From assembly GCF_009914755.1 (NCBI RefSeq), contig NC_060934.1: 64,000 nucleotides of DNA; one strand, written 5' to 3'. Every line of letters starts with the position of its first letter. Position 1 is the first letter of the stretch. The stretch is from the human T2T-CHM13v2.0 reference genome, Homo sapiens. Shown piece after piece: positions 31,811 through 45,690 of the stretch. The notes under the pieces are model-generated. The model saw nothing but the letters and a program-made list of their open reading frames with translations, searched no databases and was not told the DNA's origin. A program made the position numbers and the translations under genes.

Positions 31811-34800
31811 CGATATACTGAAGAAGCCAGACTACACTTGAATCAGACAACCAGAAATAATCCACTACCAAAGGGCAGCTATTGTTGGCCTCCACTTACA
31901 CAATGTTCCAGCTGGAAAAGTATCATCTGAATCCCATCGTAAGGAACTATCAGAAACCCAAATTAAAGAACATTTCATAAAATAACTGGCCTGTACTCTT
32001 CAAAATGACAATGTCATAAAGGACAGGGAAAGGCTGAGGATATGTTACAAATGAAAGGACACTAAAAGACATAACAACTAATTGCAATAAATGATTCTGG
32101 ACCAGATCCTGTACTGAGAAAAACAAATGTGATAAAAGACATTACAGTATTGGAACAGTTGACAAAGTGAGACTATGGACTATAGATTAAAGTATTATAT
32201 CCCTGTTAAATTTCCCATAGTTGATCAATGTGCTGTGGCTACAGAAGAGAATATCCTTGTTCTTAAGGAAGACACACTTTAGTATTAACATGTAAAGTGG
32301 CATAATGTATGCAACCTACTTGCAAATAGTTAAGAAAAATTATTTGCATTGAGAGATAATAAAACAAATTTTGCAAAATGTTACTTTTCTATTGTTCTTG
32401 CAACTTTTCTGTAGGCTTGAAATTATTTTAGGTTAATTAGTTTCAGAGGATATCTAATAAAAAGAGACTACTAAGCCAAGATAATTGTAGGTCTTTCTCC
32501 CCCACAACAATTATCAGTTTAAATCCTTGTTTTCCCTATAGACTACCCCATTTCTACATCCTACATCAGATCAAGAAATATCAGATTTCCATCATTTGTT
32601 TAAAACTTTAAGGACTTTTTAAAGAACTTAATGATACATATTAAAAGAATTTTATGCTAACTTTGGTGAGTTTTGGGAATTTATATTGATCTTTTTTTTG
32701 CGAAAACTTCCTACAGAGATAGGTACACAACGTGCAAGGTATGCTATTATATACAAGAATGTTTAATAAGTACATTACTTATCACAGCAAACAAATGGTG
32801 AAAAGTCTAAAAATCTATGATTACAGAAATAGTTAAATAAATTGTGATACATCCACATTGTAGAACACAATTTTTAGAAAGAATAAAGTATACCGTAAGT
32901 GCAAAAATATAGGTATAATACATGATATAATACAGAATGAGAAAAGTTGCTGATAGATTTATTTGTATAAAAAAACAGAACCGCGCTAATGTGTTTATGT
33001 ATGTGCCCAGAAACAAAGGCCTGAAAGGATAGACAGGAAGTAGTTACCAGTGATTGCCCCTGGGAGAATGAGTAGGGGGAAGGGCACTACTTAAACTGAA
33101 TTTTTTTCCTAAAAGATCCGTGTACTATACAATTTTTACAGTTTAAAAAACAAAATACTTTGTATTCTTAGAACTAAGATTTAAATGTATTTTGATGAAA
33201 TATGGTTTCAGTGAAGAACACAAAATATAACGGATGTCTGAACTACTAATATATGCTTGTTACTTAGCATATATAACAAGATCTATTTTTCTGTTCAAGC
33301 ACCTTTGTTCTATCAAGTTCCATGAGTTTAATTTTTAAACTAACAAAGCCAACAACTCCTTTTTGGAAATAGGTAAAATAATTCTAAATGGAACATTTCT
33401 GGTTACTTACTGATAGTAACACAAATTTAAAAACAAAACAAATACCAACATAACGTCCTTAACAAAGCTTATCCTGAGAATTATTTCAATTGACAGACCA
33501 AAGCATGATCTAAATGATGTAAACTGTACATGACTTATGACAGTGGAGAAACATAATAAAACTGTTGAACTTTGAATTAGTGACCATCTTATCCATTTTA
33601 CAAATAGGGAATATATCATCAGTCAAGTATCCTTTTACTTAACAATACAGTCAGGATTGTATAACTATCTGAGAATTAAATTCAACAAATATTAGGTTGC
33701 TAGCACAGTATGTTTAAGCCATTCTACTATGGTGACACAAACACTGTCCCTACTCAAAAGACCCTTATGAAATTGCAAAAAAAGTTTATTTTACACTGAA
33801 TGCCATAATAAAATTAAGGACTACTACCTCTAGAATCTAAACTTTTCCATTAATTAGGCAATTTGGGTGACAAATTAACTTTTCAGCCACTATTTGCAAT
33901 CACTCTGAATGGGATCACTATTACATACTGTAATAAGCAGTGGTTACACTCTTAAGTGACAATTATTTAGATTGTTTTTATGTTGAGATTTTTAAAATCT
34001 ATTCTCCTTTGCATATAAGTCAATCTCTAGGGACCTTTAGGGAAACATTTACTTTTTCAGGCATCTAGAATATTATTAGGAATAGTAAAATCACAATGTA
34101 TTAATATAAATCAATAGGCATTCCTCTATTAACAGAAACCCCATGAGTACTCTCAAATTCTCATTACAAGACACTGGCACACAGGAGGAAATGTCTATGC
34201 TGAGCAACTTGAGGACGTTGTTTCTTTACCTCGGTATACTAAAACAACTGTCAATTTTCACTATTCAATATTTCCTGAGTGTTACTGATTCCCAGTCCGT
34301 GCACAAGGCTATGAGAGAATACAGATTCTCTCTCTAACATCTAGGAATTCACAATTCAGTGGGGAGAAAGGCACACAAACAAAGTAGGTAAAAATAAAAG
34401 TAGTGGAAAATGTCGCTTTGAGAAATAGCATATACTCAAATTAATACTTATCCATTTTCTAAAAGCCTTGAGTTGTTTCAGCAAACACAATACATGGTGA
34501 AAAAATACAGTACTCAAAGGAAGAACTCTTGGTTTCACAATTCTTAACATATTGTAACGTGACTTCAGGCACGTCATTCTTAACCAGGGTTGGCCTTAGT
34601 CACCTCGTCTAAAAATGTCAGTATTAGCAACCTAAACCCGAATCGTTTTACCGGCATAAACTAAATTGTCTCTAGTGGCTCTTCCGGGTCAAAGATCCAC
34701 AATACTCACATACTCATCCATCAGATTACCCCAGTAATCATGGCCCAGGGAACCACTACGGGTAAACTAGATGAATTAGAGTTCCTAAACTGAGATAGGC

Positions 34801-35529
34801 TTTAAACTTGTGAACTCAGAAAATGTATTACAGTGGCCATGATACAGCCTTATAAAATGAACAAGAATAGCTGAACATTTTGTGTATCATTCTGGTACAA
34901 TATGCGTGTGAATTTCCCACCAGGAATCCGAGTTTCTGCACTACTGGAACCACGCCTCCCAGAGAAATCAAGGAGACACCAGAAAAACCTCCTCAAGGGA
35001 CAGGGAAAAATCACGGACAAGCTTTCTTCCCTTCTCACCTCCCCCTAAAAAAGCCCAGTGTTTTTCTTCCCCTCCAGCTATGCAGCTGCACCCAGCAGAG
35101 AAGTACTAGATTAGCATCATCTGCATTTCATTCCTTTTCTTTTGCAATAGCTACTCGCCTATAATAAACAGACCTTGTGCTCAAGGGAGAATTTACTTCC
35201 CCGTCCAGTAAAAATGAAGTTCCTTATTTTCACTAACAACGCCGTCTCCAATCAACACCCAACCTCCCTGGGGGGTGGGTGAGACCAGACACGCCTCTCC
35301 CTGCCACCCGTGCTGCAAGCCTGACGACCCACACCCTAGGAATTGTCCCACTTTCCGAGCCCCTTCTGCTCGAGTGGCGAGGCTTCGGGGGACAGCGGAA
35401 GAGGCCAGGGATTTGGCGTGCACACCAGGGGGGCGTCCAGGCAGGCCCGAGAGCGCTAGGCTGCCTCCGCTGACAGGGGGCTCGCACAGGCGGAAGGGGA
35501 GCGGCGAGACCTATGCCACCCCCACTTAC

Positions 35530-35719
35530 CCACTTTGTCCTTCCCGTACATGTGCCCGGCCACCTGATGCGAGAGGGGCACGCAGCCGTTGAGGAAGCGG
35601 AGTCTGCCGCCCGCCGGCTGCGGGGTGCCCTCAGGGGTGGACTCGATCGCCGGTGAGGTCCGCATTTCTGGGGGGCCCGGCGCCTCGACCCGGAGGGGGG
35701 ATGGTGGCTCTGTTGCCAT
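35530..35719 (-). CDS. IPMK: Inositol polyphosphate multikinase, coding exon 1 (190 nt, aa 1-63 plus 1 nt)
   Basis: Translates to MATEPPSPLRVEAPGPPEMRTSPAIESTPEGTPQPAGGRLRFLNGCVPLSHQVAGHMYGKDKV, which I recognise as the IPMK N-terminus. Ends at donor G|GTAAGT (plus-strand acttac 35524-35529). Lies in a CpG island. Confidence 0.97.
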
Positions 35720-37039
35720 AACGGAGAGCAGAAGCGGTAACGGCAGCGAGAGTAGGAAAAAAAATAGGGCGAGGGAGGGGGCGCCGGAGAACCCGAGGGT
35801 CGCTCAGGCTCGGGCGCGAGGAGGCCCGGGGGTTCCCGCGGCTGGTGCCCTCTGAAGCGCGGGGAGGGGGCCCATGACGCCGCCGGGGCGCGGGCGCTCC
35901 TCTGCCCAACTCTCGGCGGAACGCGGCTCCCGGCTCCTGTTCCTCTGCCGCCGCAGCCGCCGGCCCCGGCGCTGCCCGGTAGACAGAACCGAGCCGAAGA
36001 ACAGCAGCAGCGGCGCCCCGCGCTCCCTGGGGCCCTGACGGCGACGGCGGCCCCACCTCCTGCGCCCCCGCCCCCTCCCGCCGTCCTCCAGTCCCCTCAG
36101 CTGCCGCGCGCGCGTCACCGCCGCCCGCACCGCCGCTGCCGCCGCTACTGAGCATGCCCAGAGGCCGTCCAACGGGATTCCGGCCCCCCAAGTCAGCGGG
36201 GCGGGCGCGCCGTGCTGCCAGGACCTGGCGACGGCGACAGGGATAGGGCGAGCGCACCCCTGTTTCTTCTCACCCCCACCCCGCGGGCATTTCGAAGTCA
36301 CGCGTGCTGCTGTGGCCTCATTCATTCAACACGCTTCTCAGCGCGTCAGCTCAGAGAAGCCAGGGACTTCTAAGTGTGCGGAGCAGTCCGGCAAGAATTG
36401 GAAGGCACTAGCATTGCCAAGGGTGGCTCTAAAGGCCACCCCTAACTGCACTCAACTCCCTCCAACTCCCACCCCGCACGAAAACAACAGAAGTAAAAGC
36501 AGGCAGCTTATTAGAGATGCGCCTTCAAAATACCCTTCGAGTTAATCTCAGCCCCCCTCCCCGGATTGCTGTCTCTAAACCGCTCTTACCAAAAAGTAAA
36601 ACACATAAAAATAAAATAAAATTGGAACCGACACGAATTTCAGACTGTAGAAGACAGAGAAAACTTCTAATTTTTTTAAGTGAACATGTTTTTTAAAGAA
36701 AGGAGCAAGTTTTTTCTCTCCCACTCGACCTTTAAGATAGTGCAGGTTCCAAGGTCCTGAGTAGATAATTATATCAAAAGCAGAAAGGGATGGACACCGG
36801 TAGCTACGCGAGGTTCTGGAATGGGACTCAGTCATTGATTCCTGTATGTCCGCCGCTGGCATGTTATATAAAAGCTGGACCTGGCCTTGAAGGTAAATCG
36901 TCACAAGCCCCGAGCAAGAAAAACTGGGGTCAAATCTTAGGTATCTGATTAAAGTAAGTGTCCTATTAACACCTGTTTCTGCCCCCAGAAGCCCACACAC
37001 CTGGAAGAGACGTAAAATCTGGCCTGGATTCCCTAATCC

Positions 37040-37100
37040 CAGGGCCCTGCCCCTCGGCTTCAGGGCCCCGCCCCTCGGCTTCAGGGCCCCGCCCCTCGGC
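37040..37100. repeat. 21-bp tandem repeat, about 2.9 copies (CAGGGCCCCGCCCCTCGGCTT)
   Basis: Copies start at 37040, 37061 and 37082. Copy 1 has one C>T. Confidence 0.95.
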
Positions 37101-37382
37101 GTTGCGCAAACTCTGTTGCTACCTAAGTCTTTTCCTCCTCCCACCTCCCGTAGCTGTCAAAATCCGGAGTCCAGACTTCCTTATGGCCCAGGACAGCTCC
37201 ACGCATGCTCAGCACCTACCAGGGTCGAGCTCACACACGTGCCTACGACCCGCCGCGGCGCCTGCGCGGTAGCATCGCGGAGTCGGTGCTTTAGTACGCC
37301 GCTGGCACCTTTACTCTCGCCGGCCGCGCGAACCCGTTTGAGCTCGGTATCCTAGTGCACACGCCTTGCAAGCGACGGCGCC

Positions 37383-37413
37383 ATGAGTCTGACTTCCAGT
37401 TCCAGCGTACGAG
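37383..37413 (+). CDS. CISD1: CDGSH iron-sulfur domain protein 1 (mitoNEET), coding exon 1 (MSLTSSSSVR plus 1 nt)
   Basis: gccATGAGTCTGACTTCCAGTTCCAGCGTACGAG|gtgaag. Phase 1 joins exon 2 to give V-E-W. Confidence 0.95.
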
Positions 37414-38983
37414 GTGAAGTGGGGCCTGGGAGCGGGTGAGGCTGGTGAGGCTCAGCGGTTGCCGCGCCCGCAGTTCGACTGGGTTGTTTTACCACTGCCC
37501 TACGCGCCCGCCGGTCCTATAACCTTGAGATGCAGAAGGGCAAGCGCTCGGCCCGGCTGCGGGCTCCGGGCCGGACAGCGAAAGGGGGCGAGGTCAGGGA
37601 TGGATTGATGGTTTGGGGCCATGCCGGACCAGAGTCCACGTTTACCCCAGCTAGCCAAACCCTAACACCTAATGACCGCGCCGCTAGCTTTTCTTGTTCA
37701 CCCCTAAGACGCTTTCATGTCCTTAAGTCACATAGCCTGGAAAAGAAGGAAAGGTGGGAGAAAACAACAGCAAACCTGTTTGCCCTTCTCATGTTTCAGT
37801 CAGCGTCGGGCCACAACGTCGATTTCCTGCAATCCTGAAGCATTGCGTGACTAATCACATCTTAGTTTTGCAGATTTTTTTTTAAGGGATGAAACGCAAT
37901 CCGAGGTTTTCAGTTTTCCCGGTTTTTTATTATTCCTCTGGCATCTGACACTCGGTGGCAGTAGTCCAGGATAAAGGATTGAAAACTGCGTTCGTTGAAC
38001 CTTCAGCTTTCTGAGTCTTCTTTCCCCTGTGCTAGTACCTAGCGTTTGGAAACAGTATTTCGCAGAAAGTCCCGTTATAATAAAATTAAGAGACTTTATA
38101 AGCAGTCATTTAATGTGGAGTTTCACTTTATAACCATTCTTGGTGATGTTATAATTGTTAATATAATACTGTGTACCAGACACACAATATATGTGATCTT
38201 TGCCCCTCTATAAAACGCCACTTCGCAAGGTTTTGAGTAAAGGCAAAGAGACTGTCTAGAGGTTAATTAAAAATACGTTCAGTAAATATTGAACATCTGT
38301 AGTGCCAGGTAATAAAAAGTCCCTACTAACTTGAGCCCTAATTTTTTAATAGGTAGTTTCCAAAAATTGGAGAGTTCCACTTCTGTTGACAAAATTTACC
38401 TGGCTAAGGGTGATATTCCATGACATTTCGAAGTTACTAATGATATAGAGATTATTATTTGCAAAAATTATATTAAAGGATACTCATCTTGAGACTTTTT
38501 TTAATAGAGGCAGCTTGGTGCATTTAAAATAGGGTGTGATTTTTGTTTTTGTTTTTTAAAAAACTATATTCTCTTGGGATTAAGACTTGTGAAATGAGAT
38601 GTTCATGTGACTTGTGCCGCTGATATTTTTAATTTTACAGGAAGACTGCACATGTTTGAGGTGGACCAAAAGATTCCACAGTGTGTGTTTAAAATACGGG
38701 ATCATTTTGTGTACATGAACACTAAACTCTATTTAGGTTGCATATTATTGAAATGTGAAACGGGTGAACCCCTTAGGACTTACCGCTATCTGCAGGCTGG
38801 TCTGCAGGATTTCTTTTTTAGACAAGACAAGGTTTTTTGTTTTGTTTTGTTTTTCAAGTCTAACCATAGGGGAATTCAAAGGCAACTTTCCCAATCATTT
38901 TCCATTGCCTAAGGAATAGGAAATCACTGAAGCAGGTTATTGGCTTCAACTGGAAGTATTCAACTTTGTTAGGAGGAGTGATT

Positions 38984-39447
<464 letters not shown>

Positions 39448-40744
39448 GACTATTTTTTATTTCACCAAAAAGCATGCAAGTTGTCATGAGGACTGTAGGG
39501 AGAGGCCCAAAGCCTTTGTAAATCTCTTCTACCAACATTTTCCTCCTCAATATAGTAGTAGGTAGGCAAGGTAGGGAAAGAGAATGTCGAGGGGATTTAA
39601 CTTTTAATGTTTAGATCACACACAAGTTTGGTTCTCTTCTCAAACTTTAAACCAAGTTTATTCCTACAGATTGAAAATCAATTTAGATCTTTTAATTGGG
39701 GGAAAGATATCATGTCTCTTCTCAATTAAATGAATTTGTAATTATAAAGGGTTTAGAATGATATGTGACAGTGGTAAGCACTATATAAATATATGTTAAA
39801 TATAAAGTGTGTACGTGTATGCAGAACTCTTGTTCATCATCAGAAGAAAAATAAAAGGTAGTTTATAAAAAAAAATTTAACGGGAATCAGGCCAGGACTG
39901 GAATCAGGCAGAGGCAGTGAGAATGAATGATTGGAACTGAAATACTCTTAAGATCCTGATCATTGAGATAGCTCTTGATACCAGTATGGTCGATAAGACC
40001 ATTAGTTTATTATATTTTCTAGTACTAAGTGGCCTTCACTGCCTACTCGTCCAGTCTCTTATGATTCCTCCTCATATCCAAATAGATGACCTTTCTGAAC
40101 ATCATCCTGCTCCTTGATAACTCTAGCACTCATTGATCACTCTCACCCTTAACCCTTTCTCTTCTATTTGCAAGGAAGATGTTAACTCTTAGGCTGTTCT
40201 CTCTCCATGTCCTCCAGATGCCGTTTTCTTTTGCTTAAATCTTTGCCTCAGTGATATCTGTTGTTCGTAAATATTTAGTGCCTCATAAAGATTTTCTTCA
40301 GCCTTAAGTCACTCATAATTCACCCTCATCTTTAAAAAAAAAAAAAAGCCAACTATACCAGGTAATTTTGAAAGGCATCCCTTAACCTGCCTTCCCCTGA
40401 AATCACTTTTTTTTTTTTACTTTACCCTCAAGTTGCAACATAGGGATTTGTCTGTTCATCTTGTACTTCATTATCTATCCCAAACCCTGATCACTACAAC
40501 GCTTGTAACCAAAATTACATTTCATAAATTCTTATTCTCTTTCATATTCTTGTGTATTTTATTGAAACTAATTTTCTAATTCATTTAACCACAACATAGG
40601 AAAATATTGTTTTGGTTCACTAAATTCACCAAGTCATTTAAAGTCATTATTTAAGGGTTTTTGTCTGAAAAGAAAGGTATGGATCATACTGAAAATAAAA
40701 GGGATAGCTCCTATAAGTTATAAACAATAAATGAAAAATAAGAG

Positions 40745-41287
<543 letters not shown>

Positions 41288-41877
41288 TCATTTAGTATAA
41301 GAGCAATGCAGTGTAAGGATAGAAAAATTGCACATAGGAATTGCAAATTTAAATTAGTCATCCATTATTTCTTTTGACTCAACCAACATTATTGAATATC
41401 ACTTATATGCCAGGCCTTGAGAAAAAAAAAAATTACCAGGCACGGCCTGCCAGCCTATGGGAGATCTAAGGGAGGGAAGGGTTTAAGCACAGCTCCCCTC
41501 CCCCTCTCCTCATAGAAGAGGAGAAACATTATGATTCTATGGCAGTTGATGGTGGGCTGGAGAGGGCAGTTTAGAGCAGAAAAGGGGCTAAGGTAAAAGA
41601 AGCCGAGAGAGATTTCTAAGTTAAAGCAAAATAATGCTCACAGTAAAAGAAAAAAAAAAAGCTGAAGATTGGGTTATATACAAGGCTGATGAGTTTGGGA
41701 ACAAGTCCACGTTTTCTCTCTCTCTGAATAATTTTAAAGAGAAAACCAAAGATTATACAATAGTACTCCAATGGAAGAATAAGCAAATGGGAGGATTATT
41801 CAGAAATTATTGGAAGTGTTACCTTTCTCTACATTTGTGATCTTTAATGGTATTTGTGTAGATATAAAGCATGATTA

Positions 41878-42273
<396 letters not shown>

Positions 42274-45224
42274 TCAGTAAAGTTCCTTGTTGCTTCTGAG
42301 ATTATGACAATTCTTAATAGGCATATACCCATTTATCAGGGATTATTGGATGTTGCTATTTTTATTTGTTCAATTTCTCAGGTCTTCAGTTCTTTCTTTA
42401 TCCTAATTGTTGATTTTTGGACCTGTCATCATTTTTGTCTATCTCTGTATAGTTTCCTTTTCCTTTAGAGTTGCCAGTGGCATCCACAGCTTTTTGCCAG
42501 AAAAGACTGATGATTCAGGCTACACTCATGAAGTGATAAAATAACAACTTTTTTTTTTTTTTTTTTTTTTTTTTACTTCTGGGAACTGTTGCATTTGTCC
42601 CTAATGAGATTACAGAATTAGAATTTGGGAAGGGAAAAAAAAAAAAGAAATGGAAATTGTTTTCTCAAGACCTTAGAGCAAATACAAAGCTATTTTCCTC
42701 GAACACATGGTACTGTGACATTGGCATAGGGTCATAAGTGGCCCTTGCTAGGGGTTGGGGGTAGAGCACAAAGTGTGTGTTTTGATTCCCCATGGGGCAG
42801 CTAGTCTTGGGTATCTGGAGTCAGTTTCCATTTCTTTCAATGATGCCTTTGGTGTTACCCCTTTTCCATGTCAGTTATTCTGTCCTGTCTCCCACCATCA
42901 CAAAATCCAAGGGAGGTAAAGCTTAAAAAAAAAAGTGACCTGTGGGTGCAGTTGGCAAATTACATGAGAAAAAAGAATGCAAGAAGAATGGGATTTAATG
43001 ACTAGGAGAGATTATTTCCACTTATCATGATGAGTTTCATGTAGAAATTCCTATAGTATTCTCTTTTTAGGTCATGAAACAAATTAACCAATACTAACCA
43101 ATTGTAGTTCTTTGGATCTCAGGACTGTTTGCAATATGCAGGTGCCATCAAACAAATATGTTATGAAGTACTTTATAATTCACCTAAAAAGTAAAGTGTA
43201 ACTAAAATCGACAGCATTAAGGAAGTTGCGTTATTTTAGTCTTTTGGGATATTGCCCCCCTTTAAGTTTGTACTAAAGATGATGTTCAGCAAATGTTGTG
43301 GTGCATATACTATGCAAAGCAGCATTTTCGCCCATTTTGTGATAGGTACATTAGCTATTCAGAGTGGCTTTCCATTAGCTAAGAAGTGGATTGCTACAGC
43401 TCCTGGCATAGGAAATGTTTTCTCAAGAAAGTTCCATGGTAAATAACATTAGAAAGGAAGATCATGAATCTAGCCAGAAGTCATAGCAAAATTGTAGACC
43501 TGCTTGGAATAACCACAGGGTAATACCATGAAGCAGCACTAAAGTTGGAGATAAATCTACACATAATGTGTACCTACTTAAAAAATGTCTTCTGATGAGG
43601 CCAAAGGTTTGAAGCTGTCAGGTGATATATTAACTTAACTTGTCTTCTCAGTCATGCAGGACCTGGGAAAGACGAAACATTAGTGTTTATTAGGGAATTA
43701 TAGCAAGAAAGAATGATAATGCTACGGGAAGGAAAACAGTATAAATTAATTTGTTAAGAAAAATACTACCGTGGTTGAAAATAAAATCCAAGGAACACAT
43801 TAATTAGAAAGTGAGGATAAACCGGAAGAGGCAGAAATTATGCTCTCTTACGAGATGAGCAAAATGCAGGAATAAGTTAGATAAAGTCTAAATTATTAAA
43901 TAAACTAGAAAAGAAGACCAAGATACAAGAGACTGAGAATGATCCTTTATATTACAGTTTTAGAAGATTAAGCTCCAGTTTTATGTAAGGTACTATTAGG
44001 TATGGTGAAATAAGAAATTTGACTCAATAGTGCAAGTAAACTATACAACTAATTATTAATTATGTGTTTTTATTTGGCCTTGGGATGTGTTTTTTTGTAC
44101 TTGTCTGTCTAGGGTTTTATTTGATAGTCTGGGAACTTATTTCAAACACTGAAGATCTGACTCAGGAAGTGCTGGGAAGGAGTCCAGTGTGTTTATCCTG
44201 ACCCCTGTTCAACTTCTTCCTGCAGCCCACTCCATGCTGGGAATAGACAACTCTCCTCTGAGGCTGAGGCTAACCAGATTATGCAGAACTTTCTTCTCTC
44301 CAACATTGCCTGGAGCTGGGGTAGTTGTTAAGTCCTTGGGTTTCTAAAGACTTGAAAAGCTGCTTGAAAAGAATAACTAGATGGCTTGTTAGTCAGTTTT
44401 TTTATTATTAGAAAGCAGAATAATGCCATTAAATTTAAAATAAATTTTATAGAAAATTAAAATATATTTAGAATTTATTAAATGAGAATATAACTATACT
44501 TATATAATCATGTTTTCTACAAAATATGAAGTTAGTACATTCTGATTTTTATTTTAATGAGAAAACACTTTGAAATTTTAAACAAAGGACTTTTGAATGA
44601 AGAATGACTTTGAAACCTGGAATCCTGCTACATATATTCCTTTGAAAATTAACATTAAGGGTGGTTTTGTTTTGTTTATCTGTTTCTTTGGGTATCATTT
44701 CTCTTACAGCTTTCTGTGATAGTTGCAATTGAGTTTTGGTAAATTAAATAATTTAAAAATCACTAAGGGATCTTACTATTTAAATAAACTCAAAGGAGTC
44801 ATTTTGTTAACATAACAAAATGTTATTTGTAATCTGAATTTTTATGTTTCGGGGCTTTTTTTTTTTTTAAGCAATAGTTACCTGCAAGTTCACATGTTAT
44901 TTAAAATTTACTTATAAACACTTTTTAAATGATTATTGAGCTTTGGGTTTTTTTTACTCCAGCTCTAAAATAATAATTTTAAGTTTCTTCTACTTAATGT
45001 AGCTATCATCACTCAGTAGAAAATACACAATTGCTTCAATAAGGGCCAGGGAAAGTCATAACAAAGGACTATTATACCAGTGTTTTCTGATCATTTTGTT
45101 AACATTAAAAACCTTGGACTATTAGGATGCTTAATACTCAAAAACTGGATTTTCTGACATGCATGTGATATTATTGGTGTATATTTTGGTTTTGATAATT
45201 ATTTGTTTTCCTTCCCTGCTCTAG

Positions 45225-45430
45225 TTGAATGGATCGCAGCAGTTACCATTGCTGCTGGGACAGCTGCAATTGGTTATCTAGCTTACAAAAGATTTTATGT
45301 TAAAGATCATCGAAATAAAGCTATGATAAACCTTCACATCCAGAAAGACAACCCCAAGATAGTACATGCTTTTGACATGGAGGATTTGGGAGATAAAGCT
45401 GTGTACTGCCGTTGTTGGAGGTCCAAAAAG
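45225..45430 (+). CDS. CISD1: CISD1 coding exon 2 (206 nt): transmembrane anchor and first half of the CDGSH domain
   Basis: Polypyrimidine tract then ctag|TTGAATGG. Peptide [69 protein letters not shown]. Donor AAG|gtgagg. Confidence 0.97.
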
Positions 45431-45529
45431 GTGAGGAAAGCAATTCCTTCATACAGTACCATTTTTAATGTTATATTTCTTTTTAAATTATTCTGTCAGA
45501 CTTGTTCACCAGATATTGTTATGATATCC

Positions 45530-45690
45530 CTTTTTTGTTGTTGTTGAGACAGAGTCTTGCTCTGTCATCCAGGCTGGAGTGCAGTGGTGTGATCTCAGCT
45601 CACTGCAACCTCCACCTCCCGGTTCAAGTGATTCTTGTGCCTCAGCCACCGAGTAGCTGGGATTACAGGTGTGAGCCACCACGTGTGACC
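45530..45690 (-). mobile_element. Internally deleted antisense Alu
   Basis: The right arm runs into ...gggattacaggtgtgagccacc (left-arm start), a monomer-length product. Confidence 0.8.

Larger units (their letters stand above)
35230..37700. promoter_or_regulatory. CpG-island divergent promoter region shared by IPMK and CISD1 (GC-rich blocks ~35230-36350 and ~37020-37700 separated by an AT-richer spacer)
   Basis: Dense CpG, divergent start codons. GC boxes at 36064-36075 and 37065-37095, TTGCGCAA at 37102-37109 (C/EBP palindrome), CACGTG at 37236-37241, GCGCCTGCGC at 37258-37267 (NRF1-like). Confidence 0.9.

Noticed and set aside
36575-37144. 189-aa minus-strand ORF with PRGGALK repeats
   Set aside because: The repeats are the translation of the 21-bp promoter tandem repeat, with no other coding signal.
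42700-44000. Non-Alu intronic stretch that might be an ancient repeat or retrocopy
   Set aside because: I could not assign a family or a coherent reading frame. Needs a Dfam/BLASTX search.
45203-45547. 114-aa ORF read as a single-exon CISD-like gene
   Set aside because: It is CISD1 exon 2 plus intronic read-through, with clear splice sites at 45225 and 45430.
45549-45668. Possible 120-nt Alu exon downstream of CISD1 exon 2
   Set aside because: Generic antisense-Alu splice signals with a modest donor and an in-frame TAG. No sequence evidence of use.
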